The notes below the pieces were generated by a model that saw only the letters and a list, made by a program, of their open reading frames with translations, was not told the DNA's origin and made no database searches. A stretch of 64,000 nucleotides of DNA from an uncultured virus (IMG/VR IMGVR_UViG_3300028886_001624) (taxonomy: Duplodnaviria > Heunggongvirae > Uroviricota > Caudoviricetes). Location of the stretch: IMG/VR virus record IMGVR_UViG_3300028886_001624, positions 62,001-126,000 of that record; one strand, written 5' to 3'. Shown one piece after another: positions 8,951 to 20,203 of this stretch. Position 1 is the stretch's first letter; each line of letters starts with the position of its first letter. A program made the position numbers and the translations under genes.

Positions 8951-9021
8951 GCCCAATCGTCTATTGGTAAGACACCATATTATATTAATTTGGGAAATGA
9001 GGTTCGAATCCTCAGAGGGCA
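8951..9021 (+). tRNA. Degenerate tRNA / tRNA-like element
   Basis: Good D-arm GTCT-ATTGGTA-AGAC and T-arm TGAGG-TTCGAAT-CCTCA; imperfect acceptor stem and AT-rich irregular anticodon arm. Confidence 0.6.
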
Positions 9022-9047
9022 CAAAGATAGTTTAATAAGCATTCACA

Positions 9048-10022
9048 ATGAATCAAGAGAGACCATCAATTACGGATATTTTCAGCGCAATGACAGCCAA
9101 TCAGACAATGGCGGTTGCAAAGGAAGAAAAAAATCCAACCAAACTTTGGAAAGAGTTTTGGATTGAGAATGAGGTGTGTTGTCTCTTTGCTGATGCCAAT
9201 GTTGGCAAGAGTATTCTTGCCGTACAAATAGGAAACTACATATCCGAAAACATATTAAAGGATAATGAAACGGTATTGTATTATGATTTTGAATTAAGCA
9301 AGAAACAATTCGAATTAAGATACACTGACAAAGAGTCAAAAAAGCCGTTTAATTTCAGTGACCGATTCATAAGAGTTGAACTTGACAGTGATGTGGTTAG
9401 GGATTATTGCGAATACAGCAAGAAACCGTTTGATGAGGTTATTATCCAAGCCATTGAGGCAAATATATCCAAGTATAACTCAAGAGTCCTTATTGTGGAC
9501 AATCTAAGTTGGCTTGTAAATATGAAGGATACTGCCACAACTGCCGGAAAGTTAATGAAGAACTTGTGCAATATCAAAAAGAAATATAATGTAAGCATAT
9601 TGGTTCTTTCACACACACCAAAACGTAATCTTGGCTCACCGCTCACGCAAAATAGTTTAAGTGGCAGCAAGAAACTGACAAATTTCTTTGATGCAATGTT
9701 TGCCGTCGGTATGAGTATTAAGGATTCTTCCCTAAGGTATCTTAAGCAAATCAAGGTCCGGACCGGGGAATTCAAATATGGAGAAGACCACGTCGCAATG
9801 TGCAAGATAGAAAAGGATGGCCCGTTCCTAGGGTTCAAGATGCTTGGCTTCTCAACGGAGAAGGAAGAACTAAAGGCACCCTCCGGCAAGAATAAACCAA
9901 GTGTCAAGTCGAAAAGAAACACAACTAAAAAGAAACGTGGTAAGAGGTTCAAGAGTGAACTGACGAATTTCCAAATTGACATGGTTGAAAAAATGGTTGA
10001 AGATGCCTTTTCAAGCCTTTAA
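9048..10022 (+). CDS. P-loop ATPase (RecA-like / AAA_25 type)
   Basis: Walker A-like ADANVGKS, Walker B LIVDNL, LVLSHTPK. Confidence 0.85.
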   Translation: MNQERPSITDIFSAMTANQTMAVAKEEKNPTKLWKEFWIENEVCCLFADANVGKSILAVQIGNYISENILKDNETVLYYDFELSKKQFELRYTDKESKKPFNFSDRFIRVELDSDVVRDYCEYSKKPFDEVIIQAIEANISKYNSRVLIVDNLSWLVNMKDTATTAGKLMKNLCNIKKKYNVSILVLSHTPKRNLGSPLTQNSLSGSKKLTNFFDAMFAVGMSIKDSSLRYLKQIKVRTGEFKYGEDHVAMCKIEKDGPFLGFKMLGFSTEKEELKAPSGKNKPSVKSKRNTTKKKRGKRFKSELTNFQIDMVEKMVEDAFSSL

Positions 10023-10151
10023 CATTTATTAACATTCAAAGTCTTGCGGAATTCAAAAATTTTATATATCTTTGCAACGTAAACAAAAACCCGCAACCTA
10101 GTTGCGATGAATTAACTAACTATTTTATAAACCTTTAAAACTTTTAAAACA

Positions 10152-10496
10152 ATGGGAAAGTTTTTACAGATGATGAGTCAGAATGACTCGAAGGCTCTTG
10201 TAGCACGTGCGTCACAAATCAACACTCAAGCAAAGATTGCTCAAGAGGAAGTTATCCACAAACTCAAGATTGAGAAGACCAACGTGGAAATGAAGATTCA
10301 AGGTCTCACTGACTTTGCTCCCGACACCACCGATTCTCTCCGTCCCGGCGTAAAGGGTTGGAACCCCAACACATGGGCCGCTGACTTGCAAGAGGCCAAG
10401 ACTCGTCTCTATGAGATTGGTATTGAGTTGAAGATTGCTCAGTCCACCTTTGACGAGTTCTTCGGCGGCGATGACGATGCAGCCGGTGAGGACTAA
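10152..10496 (+). CDS. Hypothetical coiled-coil protein
   Basis: ORF after the repeated promoter; terminator hairpin at about 10515-10550. Confidence 0.75.
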   Translation: MGKFLQMMSQNDSKALVARASQINTQAKIAQEEVIHKLKIEKTNVEMKIQGLTDFAPDTTDSLRPGVKGWNPNTWAADLQEAKTRLYEIGIELKIAQSTFDEFFGGDDDAAGED

Positions 10497-10583
10497 TCGT
10501 TCCCTCTGTGTGACAAGAATGGTGGTCACTATTGTGCCACCATTCTTTTTAAAGAAACTATTAATTATTTAAACAAAAAAGTT

Positions 10584-11147
10584 ATGTGGAATTACGTAAG
10601 ACTTCGTTCTAATCAAAGCCCAATGGCTAGCATTTTGTCTGATTGCACCAACAAGGCAAACTTGCAACTAGTAATCTACCATTTGAGTGAGAACCACGTC
10701 GAGTGTGCAACGGTTCGTTCTGAGTCTGAGGCAAGAGCCTTTAACTTGGATAACAATACCGCTAGTCAAATCTCCCGTGATGCCGTTCATGGTCCGCATG
10801 CAATACTCGCATACGACATGGCAAATTCAACAGTCTATCTCATTGACAGTGTCAAGGACTTGGTGGTTGCTTCTGCTGTTCTCCTCTGTGTGGTGACAGA
10901 ATTGTTAGGTGCACAAGTTAGCGTTGGCCGTGGTGTCCGTGAGGAACGTATGGGTGAGGTTGAGCCTAACACTCCAAACCAACGACCTAACCGTGAGGTA
11001 GCAATGCGAGACTCTAGGGGCCGTTTTGTTCCTAGGAGAAATGAGGATGCTTGTTGCAACGACGAGCCTTGGAAGAATCCGCCAACGCCATCAGCACTTG
11101 AGTGTGGTGGTCTGTTGAACCGTCGATTCAGACTAGGCAAGCATTAA
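10584..11147 (+). CDS. Hypothetical protein
   Basis: ORF with A-rich initiation region; hairpin GACCCACCAC/GTGGTGGGTC downstream. Confidence 0.7.
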   Translation: MWNYVRLRSNQSPMASILSDCTNKANLQLVIYHLSENHVECATVRSESEARAFNLDNNTASQISRDAVHGPHAILAYDMANSTVYLIDSVKDLVVASAVLLCVVTELLGAQVSVGRGVREERMGEVEPNTPNQRPNREVAMRDSRGRFVPRRNEDACCNDEPWKNPPTPSALECGGLLNRRFRLGKH

Positions 11148-11530
11148 TCCGATTTAACATTGACCCACCACTTTGGAGAATGTGTGGTGGGTCTTTGTAT
11201 TGAACCCATTAAGGTTTAAAATATCTGTTGAATTATTGATTTAGGTCAAAATAATGCTCATTTTTCGTATTTAACCCTTCTTAAAGATAGAAATTTGAAT
11301 CCAAATTAATATATATTATTGGTGCAAATTAAAAATAAGGGGAAACCCAACTTAAAAAAGGGAAAAATGATGAAGAAGATTGCAAATTTTTTTACTGCTT
11401 GGATAAATAGCAGTTCTATGACTCCTACCGGAGTAATTCCAATGATTAGATAATCAGAAATTATCTTTTCATTTTTTGAAAGAAAATTCTTAAAAACCAA
11501 ATAAATTAAAAAAATTAAATTTAAAAGAAG

Positions 11531-11704
11531 ATGAAAAAGATTTTATTTTTTGTAATGGCCTTAGTTGCCATGGTTGTTACTTCTTGCAATTGCAAGACAA
11601 GTAAGTGCGAGACTCTAGCAGACGAGGATAGTGTTGAAGTAGTCAATGACACCGTTGTTCTTGACACGGCTGTTGTTGTTACTGACACTCTCGCTGTTGA
11701 GTAG
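11531..11704 (+). CDS. 57-aa lipoprotein resembling small Bacteroidota PG1828-type lipoproteins (missed by the ORF track)
   Basis: MKKILFFVMALVAMVVTSC lipobox, then DSV, DTV, DTA, DTL motifs. Confidence 0.8.
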   Translation: MKKILFFVMALVAMVVTSCNCKTSKCETLADEDSVEVVNDTVVLDTAVVVTDTLAVE

Positions 11705-11855
11705 TCTTCAAAACGAAGAAAATAACAATTAAATAGCACCAAGTGGTATACGTCAAGTTTCCACTTGGTGTTTTTTTTTTGGTTTAAAAAGAATGATAAA
11801 CTTGTTTTTTTCATATTTTTTATATATCTTTGCACCAAAGTAAAAAATAAAAATC

Positions 11856-12389
11856 ATGAACAAATTTAAGATTATTGCTTGTGTTAACAAGAAAAACGTC
11901 ATTGGTAAGAATGGTAAACTAATCTATACCATTGGTAATGACTTGGCAAACTTTGCTAGTATGACAAAGTTTAACGGCGTATTGGTTATGGGGAGAAAGA
12001 CGTTCGAAAGCCTCCCGAATGGTGAGCCGCTTAAGGATAGGGTCAATATCATACTGACCGGTAATGAGGATTACGGGGTTGACCCCAAATATGATAACGT
12101 ATATATCGCCCATTCCGTTGGTGATGTTGTCGAATTATGCGAAGCATTTTTCTATGACAAGGAATTGTTTGTAGTAGGCGGTCAGTCCATATACAGCCAA
12201 TTTATGGATTTGGGCCTCGTGGATGAAATGCGACTGACAATCGTTAACGATGAAGAGGACGGTGATGTCACGTTTCCGGAATTTGATGAAAACGAATGGT
12301 ACACATATTATAAGTCAATGGCCCAAACTAGTTCATTTGAAGGTGTTGAGCGTTCATTCTATTTCAAGATTTTAAAGCGTAAATTCTAG
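11856..12389 (+). CDS. folA: Dihydrofolate reductase
   Basis: IIACV...VIGKNGKL, VMGRKTFESLP..PLKDRVNIILT, FVVGGQSIY, GDVTFP. Confidence 0.95.
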   Translation: MNKFKIIACVNKKNVIGKNGKLIYTIGNDLANFASMTKFNGVLVMGRKTFESLPNGEPLKDRVNIILTGNEDYGVDPKYDNVYIAHSVGDVVELCEAFFYDKELFVVGGQSIYSQFMDLGLVDEMRLTIVNDEEDGDVTFPEFDENEWYTYYKSMAQTSSFEGVERSFYFKILKRKF

Positions 12390-12400
12390 ATAGCCATCAA

Positions 12401-12646
12401 ATGTCGAAAAAAAAGAATGACCATTCCATAGATATTAGAGATATATGTTATTTCGTTGACCATGTACATGACATAGATTTCAGAGTATCCTTAATAAAGG
12501 ACTTGGGTTATTCAATAGGTGTAAATGTGGCAACGGAAAACTCTAAATTAAAAGAAGTTACGATTGGTAAGAGAAACGAAATAAGGATACAGATAACCCC
12601 AAGAACGAAACATTCTAAATTAGTAAAGTGTGCCATTATCCGTTAA
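12401..12646 (+). CDS. Hypothetical protein
   Basis: ORF directly after DHFR. Confidence 0.6.
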   Translation: MSKKKNDHSIDIRDICYFVDHVHDIDFRVSLIKDLGYSIGVNVATENSKLKEVTIGKRNEIRIQITPRTKHSKLVKCAIIR

Positions 12647-12729
12647 AAAAGGTTAATGGTTGACTGATAACTTGTTTTTGTGAAATAAATTATATATCTT
12701 TGCACAAAAAAACTTTAAAACATTAAATA

Positions 12730-14115
12730 ATGACTGATTCACAGACCCTACATGAGAACGGCAGCAATGTTGCCGATGTCGAGAAAAATGAAAATGCCGT
12801 CAACACATCCAATGGTGTTGAGAAAAACGGTGAGACAAATGGTGATGGTAAGACCACTGAGGAAACAAGCAGTGCTCAAAGTGACCCGGAACCCTCTACT
12901 GCTGTGGAAAGTAAGAGTGTCGTAAATAATGACCCTAGGGATGACGATATGGGCTTGAAATTCCTTAATAAGGATTTCGTATATGAATGTATGTCGGTTC
13001 CGTCTCACAGTAAGAAAGAGTTTAGAATGGTAATATTCATAATTCTTTGGGCTAGACGCAACCACATCAAGTATGAATTCGATGAGTACGGAAACGTATA
13101 TCTCACAAAGGGTGTGCTCAGTGAAGGCGAATTCTATCCATGTGTCACTTCTCACATGGACACGGTACAAGACCGACAAGACCCATACATATATGCCGGT
13201 GTGCCCCTTGACCTAAAGACGGAACTAACGGCAGATAATAGACACAAGATAAGTGTGGACTCCCACGGCGGAGCATCAATTGGAATAGGTGCTGACGATA
13301 AGGGCGGTATCTGTATATGTTTATCAATGTTTAAGCATATTGATAAATTGAAGGCTTGTTTCTTCCTTGATGAGGAAAGCGGGTGCAACGGCTCAAATAA
13401 TCTATCCACAGAATGGTTCAAGGATGTCGGTTATGTTATCGGATATGATTCTCCGGACTTGCATAGGGCCGCTTGGTCTTGCAGTGGGGTGAAGTTATTC
13501 AGTTATGAGTTCTATACCGAGCACATGAAGGAAGTGTGTGACAAGTGGGGTCTAGTCAAAGGATGCTTCTTCTCAGAGCCATACACAGATGTTAAGAATA
13601 TCCGTGAAAAAACCGATATTATATGTATGAATTTTGGTAATGGCGGATACAATGCACACATGCCGGGTGAATACAGTATAATTGAAGATATGGACCATGC
13701 TTGCGGAATGGGTGTGGAACTTATACAGTCAATTGGGTGCACGGAGCATAAATTGAAGCACCTTGGCTCTAATAAATCCGCCATACAATACAGACGGACC
13801 GAAAATGGGACCTACGAGCCTATCACAAACGATGATACATCGTTGCTCAGAAGTTTGGGTGATGACACTAGGTACGGCGGTAAGGGTTCAACTACGACGA
13901 GTTCGGCCACTACCTATCGCACGGTCACCAAGAAGGAAGATGAACTTAAGTTTGACAGTGTCAAGTACATCGTAAACCGTTACGACTCCCATATTCTTGC
14001 TATTAAGGAAGAATTGATTAGGGACATCAAGAAACACTGTAAGAAACTTAAGGTTGATTTCAGTGAGATTGAAAAGATTATAGAGGAAAAATTTAACAAC
14101 GAAATTAAATTCTAA
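12730..14115 (+). CDS. M20/M28-like Zn metallopeptidase
   Basis: SHMDTV, GADDKGG, DEE and late H motifs; low-complexity N-terminus. Confidence 0.85.
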   Translation: MTDSQTLHENGSNVADVEKNENAVNTSNGVEKNGETNGDGKTTEETSSAQSDPEPSTAVESKSVVNNDPRDDDMGLKFLNKDFVYECMSVPSHSKKEFRMVIFIILWARRNHIKYEFDEYGNVYLTKGVLSEGEFYPCVTSHMDTVQDRQDPYIYAGVPLDLKTELTADNRHKISVDSHGGASIGIGADDKGGICICLSMFKHIDKLKACFFLDEESGCNGSNNLSTEWFKDVGYVIGYDSPDLHRAAWSCSGVKLFSYEFYTEHMKEVCDKWGLVKGCFFSEPYTDVKNIREKTDIICMNFGNGGYNAHMPGEYSIIEDMDHACGMGVELIQSIGCTEHKLKHLGSNKSAIQYRRTENGTYEPITNDDTSLLRSLGDDTRYGGKGSTTTSSATTYRTVTKKEDELKFDSVKYIVNRYDSHILAIKEELIRDIKKHCKKLKVDFSEIEKIIEEKFNNEIKF

Positions 14116-14123
14116 CGTTTATT

Positions 14124-16529
14124 ATGATTGGAACCAAAATTCGTGGAATCAGACATCTTTGGCGGTTGTCTGATTCTTCACTTAAAAAAATATTAGTTAG
14201 TATTGGCGGCAAAGAATCTAGCATTTGCTATGTTGTTAAAAGTCGGGTAGATTCACAAATTGGTGAAAGACTCTTAATATTCAATCGCGCCATCGACAAC
14301 GTGTCCTATAATTCCGATTCCTTGGAAGAATATTGTGGCATTAAAAGAGACGAGTTTTTTGCGCACCTAGTGTCATGTAATAAAATTTTTGAAGTATCAA
14401 ATCTATCTAGGGCACAAGAATATGACAGATATTTCAATGACATGATATTGTTCCCGGATGATTTTGACTATGCTTTTAAGGCATTTCTGAATGAAAATTC
14501 AAAAATGATTAAGAGCATTTGCGACAAATATTGTATCGAGGCTTCAAGTGATGTGTGTAAGAGTATATTCTTGCTCACCGGAAATTCCAAGAACTTTTTT
14601 TTGTGGGCCATTAACCTTTTCCTTAGGGAGAATTGTTCGTTATCAACGATACAAAGTATTCTCACATGGAATGAATGCTACGGGCAACTCACCAAAAAAC
14701 TGAAGAGGGGTGGAACGATAACGGCCTACACCCATCTTAACAGCATTAACGACCTATTAATCGAGTTAAGGGGTCTTAGGACTGAAAAGAGAATTAATGA
14801 TGCAATTAACTCATTCAATACTCTTCAGAAGAAACTGCTCCGGTCAAACAATCATACTAGCATTGACAAGCAGACGCTCGCAAGATTTTCAAAATTGTCT
14901 GAAATAAAAAAGAACAACTTCATAAAGAAGGTGTCAACTATTGATGACTATTCGGAATTGATGAAACAGATGAGGCACGTAACTAGTACTCATTTTGAGT
15001 GGAGTAAGGAATCATTTTTGGATTCCATAAACAACATTGACGGCATTGATTATGAAGTCATATACGATAACGGACCAATAGTGTTGGTATATGTAAAGGA
15101 CTATGAAACAATAAAGTATCTAGCCAAGACAACAAATTGGTGCATATCAAAAAATAAATCCTATTGGAACAACTATATAGAAAACGGACACAATAACGCA
15201 AAACAATATATGGTATTTGACTTCTCCAAGATGGAGGATGACAAATTATCAATAATAGGGTTTACCGTTACAAAAAACAAGGGTATAACATCTGCGCATA
15301 ACTTCATCAACGATAATCTCATGCAAGTCGATGCAAATGCCCGGATGTTGAAGTCGTATCTGTCCAAATTCACCAACAGTAATAATATTTTCAAAATACT
15401 TGATGGCTGCGGAATCGATATCAACATGATAACGCATTATGAGAGGCCGCAATACTCTTGGAACTATAAAGGTGTAATGGATTACTTGTTCGAGTGTGTT
15501 GACAAGGAGTGCGTCAATATTATCACCAACGCCAATAATAAAATGGTGATTTCAGTTAGGAGTGAGTACATCAGATATTTCTTTGGTGATGCATACATTG
15601 ATAGGGTTTCGAATGATTATTACGGGAATGAGCACATCTTGTTTATCGATTTCAACAAGAGTATGTATGACCCGGAAAGAATTGTCTTTGCAATAATCTC
15701 AAATGAGAATTATGACGAAGACTACTGTATCATGATTGATAACATATCCATGAATGCCCAAGGGCTGAATTTTGATACAATGTTGGTTGAATTCGGTGCA
15801 CCGTATGATTGCATAAAGAGAACGGATAACGTGGAAAAAAGAATTGTTGATTCTTTTTATTCATTAAATTCAGTTGTTCTCCGGAAATGCTTAGATGAAA
15901 ACGGTAAAATGTTTCATAAAATCTTAAAGAGTAAAATTGACCAAGGAGATTCATATGATGTGATTAAGGATTCCATTATGGGTCATTTATCCTTTGATTT
16001 GTTGGATATCATATACGACAGTGGCTATTCTCTTCAAGAGTATATCGGCGCTAGGCGTGTAGATTCCCTCCTCAGCGCACTTTTTTCCACGCTAAGGGAC
16101 TGTGCCGCTAGGATGGGACTGAAAGAGTTAGAAAAGCCGACGGACGAAGAAGTTGATGCGTTCTACAACGAAATGATTGACAATCGGACAAAAACATTCT
16201 ACATTGGTATGTATATAGCCATAAAGAAAATAATTGAACATGAAGGGAAGGACAATGAAAATTTTAAATCGTTTGTTTTCCGTTCGTTCAACAACAAGAT
16301 TGTCGGTTCTATGATGAAGGAGTTTTACTACCTAATCATCCGGAAAATAGATTTTTCACGGAAATGTGACTTGTCTTCCAAAATCTTTCTTTATTTGGCC
16401 CAATATGGTGACGAAGAAATGAAAGAGACTGCATCATCTTTGATGAAGAAATATCCTTGGTTAAATAAAGAAGTAAATCTAAAGGAAGCAATATCAGTTC
16501 GGGCACTCTCTGATGTTGATATATTTTAG
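14124..16529 (+). CDS. Large hypothetical protein sharing a WCI...QY.xFDF...IGFT domain with 16801-18858
   Basis: TNWCISKNKSYWNNY...QYMVFDF...SIIGFTV...GI. Confidence 0.8.
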   Translation: MIGTKIRGIRHLWRLSDSSLKKILVSIGGKESSICYVVKSRVDSQIGERLLIFNRAIDNVSYNSDSLEEYCGIKRDEFFAHLVSCNKIFEVSNLSRAQEYDRYFNDMILFPDDFDYAFKAFLNENSKMIKSICDKYCIEASSDVCKSIFLLTGNSKNFFLWAINLFLRENCSLSTIQSILTWNECYGQLTKKLKRGGTITAYTHLNSINDLLIELRGLRTEKRINDAINSFNTLQKKLLRSNNHTSIDKQTLARFSKLSEIKKNNFIKKVSTIDDYSELMKQMRHVTSTHFEWSKESFLDSINNIDGIDYEVIYDNGPIVLVYVKDYETIKYLAKTTNWCISKNKSYWNNYIENGHNNAKQYMVFDFSKMEDDKLSIIGFTVTKNKGITSAHNFINDNLMQVDANARMLKSYLSKFTNSNNIFKILDGCGIDINMITHYERPQYSWNYKGVMDYLFECVDKECVNIITNANNKMVISVRSEYIRYFFGDAYIDRVSNDYYGNEHILFIDFNKSMYDPERIVFAIISNENYDEDYCIMIDNISMNAQGLNFDTMLVEFGAPYDCIKRTDNVEKRIVDSFYSLNSVVLRKCLDENGKMFHKILKSKIDQGDSYDVIKDSIMGHLSFDLLDIIYDSGYSLQEYIGARRVDSLLSALFSTLRDCAARMGLKELEKPTDEEVDAFYNEMIDNRTKTFYIGMYIAIKKIIEHEGKDNENFKSFVFRSFNNKIVGSMMKEFYYLIIRKIDFSRKCDLSSKIFLYLAQYGDEEMKETASSLMKKYPWLNKEVNLKEAISVRALSDVDIF

Positions 16530-16800
16530 CAGTTTAAGAAAAATGGAAATTTTGCTTTTTTCTATTTCGTTAATGGTTACGCTATTTTTCCTTAACGATA
16601 AATTTAGCAAGGCTGTAAGAGTGATTGCATTCAAGGAAGATGAGACTAAACGTAGTGCCATCGTATCTTTAATTACCATGTTCGCAATGGTGTTACTGTG
16701 GGTGATTTTTTACTACTATGTTAAGGTTTATTAACACAAATAACTTGTCTTTACTGAAAAAAATATATATCTTTGCAAAAATCAATTAATTAATAACACA

Positions 16801-18858
16801 ATGAACTATAGCAAGAAACAAATGCAGCCGTTGATTGATAAATACTCAATCAATCCGGAAACCAACAAACTTTTCATTAAGGTATGCGAAATGTTTGAAG
16901 ACCAACCCAACTATCAAGTTTGGGCCGTTAAGATGGTTTTTTCATCAGCAATTCAGTTTGACGGGCTTGAGGAGATTCATCAGTGGATTACCGAAAACAA
17001 TGAGTTGATTCCAAGTTTATCAAAGAAGAATATTATCTCATACACAACGAAGAGTGATATTGAAAAACTCTTTGATGAAATGAGTGGGTTGAAAAAGGTG
17101 GCATTTATAAAGAAAATGATTTCCAATTTCAACACAACCCAAAGAAAAATGTTAATATCTGCCTTGTTTGGGTCAAACAATGTGCCACTTAACCTCAAAA
17201 GCAGAGTTATCGATGAGTGGTATAAAATATTCAAGATTTTCGACAAAAAGCCTTGGGCAATCAAACACAAGTTCTATAGCACTTGTTCGGCACTAAAATC
17301 TTCCACATCATTATGTCAAGCAATCAAGGATTGTCTAGCAGAATCCTATACATGGGAGAACGGTAAGGAAGATTTGCTAAGTTTCATATCATACAATACC
17401 CCGGACTGTGACGTTGTGTTCGATGAGGGGAATTGTGTGGTGGTTCGGGTTCCTTCATACAATTCTAGCCATAAACTATGCGGAAGCGGCCGTACCGGTT
17501 GGTGTATTTGCCGTGAAGAGGGCTACTTCAGAAACTACGTTACATCAAAGCCGAACCGTGCGCAGTATTTCCTATTCGATTTCAATAGGAAAGAGTCCGA
17601 TGCATTTGCTCACATTGGATTTACCATTGAGTTCGGAAGAGGTATTGTTGAGGCTCAGACGTGCCACAACTATGGTATGATGCAACCGTTCGAACAAGGT
17701 AACGAAAAACTCAGCATCCATGATGTGTTGAAGAATTTCGGAATATCCATGTCCACATTCATGAAACTACCAAAAGACCTTGGTTTTGGTTGGGACATTG
17801 ATTCAATCTGCAAATTAATCAGTGAAAACGGCGGAAAAGTAGTCTACAATGCCAACGGAAGGATTGTTGCAGAGGCCAACGGTCAGTTATTCACGGCAAT
17901 CACCAAGAAAACATTCATTGGAAAGAATGATTTTCAGTCAAATGGCATGAATAAGATTTTCCTATGCATTGATTTGAACCTACAAACCACTAACGGGAAT
18001 TGCATAATTGCAATCTCCTACGCAAAGGATAAGTACGGGTCCTATTCTCTAGGCAAAATAAACAATGCCTTGGGCGAGAAACTAGACGAAAAGAGTCTCT
18101 CTGAACTTGGCATAAATACTGAAAACTTGTTTGATTTGCCGAAATTAGACCCGTCCGTGCTGCTGCATAAGTATATTGATGAAAACAATGAAGAGGCTGC
18201 AATAAAGTTGATTAACAGTGACTCCAAGGTGAATGTAAACTACATCTTCAATAATAGGGCACCGGTATTTGCCGCCATAAACAATTGTATGACAAAGTTG
18301 TATGACACCATTGTCAACCACAAGGACTTTGACAGCAACTACAAGGACGGATATGGTGAAACCTTGTTGGAAATGCTTCTTTATCTCTATGGCAATCCGG
18401 AAGTGGCTATCACGAAGGATGACAAGGATATGCTGAAAACAATGATTAACTCAACCTTGGCAAGTGAAACCTTTGATTTCAATGCTAGAGACTACAACAA
18501 TGATACAGTTATCAATTCTGCTTGCACCTATAAGGAAGAGGAATGGGTAGTGGGTGTTATTGCCTCATTAAGGGAGGTTGACGTGAACGTGGTAGATGAC
18601 TTTGGGTCCTCGCCCCTTACCACTTGCATAACCAACAAGAACCTTGGTGCCTTGAAGATATTGGGAATGAGACCGGATTTGAAGGTAACTGACGAAGACA
18701 GAGAACTTGCCAAGTCATTTAAGATAGACTTGGACAAATACATAAAGCCGTCTGAAAGTATCTTCGGAATGTATCCAAGACCAAAGAGAATGGAGCATAA
18801 TCTTGAAGAGAAGCCAGTATCTGATGAGATTTTGGCTGAAGTCTTTGCCGAAGCATAA
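16801..18858 (+). CDS. Paralog of 14124-16529 with C-terminal ankyrin-like repeats
   Basis: GWCICREEGYFRNY...QYFLFDF...HIGFTI; DGYGETLL, DFNARDYNNDTVI, DVNVVDDFGSSPL. Confidence 0.8.
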   Translation: MNYSKKQMQPLIDKYSINPETNKLFIKVCEMFEDQPNYQVWAVKMVFSSAIQFDGLEEIHQWITENNELIPSLSKKNIISYTTKSDIEKLFDEMSGLKKVAFIKKMISNFNTTQRKMLISALFGSNNVPLNLKSRVIDEWYKIFKIFDKKPWAIKHKFYSTCSALKSSTSLCQAIKDCLAESYTWENGKEDLLSFISYNTPDCDVVFDEGNCVVVRVPSYNSSHKLCGSGRTGWCICREEGYFRNYVTSKPNRAQYFLFDFNRKESDAFAHIGFTIEFGRGIVEAQTCHNYGMMQPFEQGNEKLSIHDVLKNFGISMSTFMKLPKDLGFGWDIDSICKLISENGGKVVYNANGRIVAEANGQLFTAITKKTFIGKNDFQSNGMNKIFLCIDLNLQTTNGNCIIAISYAKDKYGSYSLGKINNALGEKLDEKSLSELGINTENLFDLPKLDPSVLLHKYIDENNEEAAIKLINSDSKVNVNYIFNNRAPVFAAINNCMTKLYDTIVNHKDFDSNYKDGYGETLLEMLLYLYGNPEVAITKDDKDMLKTMINSTLASETFDFNARDYNNDTVINSACTYKEEEWVVGVIASLREVDVNVVDDFGSSPLTTCITNKNLGALKILGMRPDLKVTDEDRELAKSFKIDLDKYIKPSESIFGMYPRPKRMEHNLEEKPVSDEILAEVFAEA

Positions 18859-18909
18859 AGAAATTGAAACTAAAAAGAAAGGTGGCCAATATCTGACCAC
18901 CTTTTATTG

Positions 18910-20074
18910 TTATTGTTCGACCTTTGTCCAACCACTCAATCGGTTCATCCAAGTATCATAGCCACTGCTACCTTGTGGGACATAGAGAGTACCACCGGTC
19001 TTAATATACATGAAAGTATTATTTGCTATTGTTGGTGCTGTTGTGGCAAATGAGGTTATTGCTGATAAACTAGTACAATTAACGAAACCTTGACTATCAA
19101 TACTTGTAACACCACTTGGAATGTTTATACTTGTCATAGCAGTACAACCATTGAAAGCCTGTACACCAATGCTTGTAACACTGTTCGGAATTGTTACGCT
19201 TGTTAAACTACGACAACCGGAGAAGGTTTGATTATCAATACTTGTAATACCATTTGGAATTGTTATGCTTGTTAAACTATAACAACTAGTGAAAGCGCTA
19301 TTACCAATGCTTGTAACACTGTCCGGAATTGTTATACTTGATAAGCCGTGGCATCTAAAGAAAGCATTATTACCAATACTTGTAATATCATTTGGAATAA
19401 ATGCCGCATCAGAACCCTTTATTAAGGTATTTGTAGCAGTTTCAATAATTGCATTACAGTTGTTTCTTGAGTCATAAACTGTGTTGGCAGCATCAACTTC
19501 TACGTCTGATAACCCAATATAATCTATGTCTCGAATGACTGCATTTATATTTGTAATCGCACTCCCAATATATAAAAATTTAATTTCAACACAACCATCA
19601 AAAGCACTTCCGCTTATACTTGAAACACTGTTTGGAATAATAAGAGTCTGAAGGAAAGGTCTAGCACGTTCAATTCTCATTACCTCATCTTCAGATTCAA
19701 CACAAGAACCTCCCCAACCATTATATAAGTCACCAATGCTTGTGCATAATTCGCCGCAAACAATTGAGGTAATACAAGCACCGCTTAGTTCACCCGTTTC
19801 CGGGTCATAGTCCAAAGTTAAATAAGATTTAATCATGCATTGTGTCAGTTCTCCGCTTCCTTGTAACTCAACTTCCGTTGGTTCGCCAACCGGAACATCA
19901 TTCAAATATTCTTGTACGGTTAACTTAACAAAGAATGGTGGGGGGGGGTGGAACATCCGGATTGTAGTGTACGGCACTGTCAGCCATAACATAACTTACG
20001 TTTGGCTTTGGATAGTCCGTGGCAACATAGGCTGTATAATCGGCAACAGTTGCGAACTTTTGTAAATACTTCAT
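18910..20074 (-). pseudogene. BspA-type LRR protein, paralog 2, frameshifted at a G9 tract (19940-19948)
   Basis: True start at 20074 (MKYLQKFATVADY...HYNPDVPPPPTILC*). Deleting one base of the tract gives ...VPPPPPFFVKL and an open frame to 18910. Confidence 0.88.
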
Positions 20075-20203
20075 AATTATTATTTAAAAATTTAAATATG
20101 GTTATTTTAACAATAAATATCACAAATATCTTGTTATTTTCATATTTTTTATATATCTTTGCAACAGTTAAAAAAAATGTTAAATTTCAAACCTAATTAA
20201 TTC

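Noticed and set aside
18910..19992. ORF-track start MLWLTVPY for LRR paralog 2
   Set aside because: The homologous N-terminus starts at 20074 in another frame; the listed start is an artefact of the frameshift.
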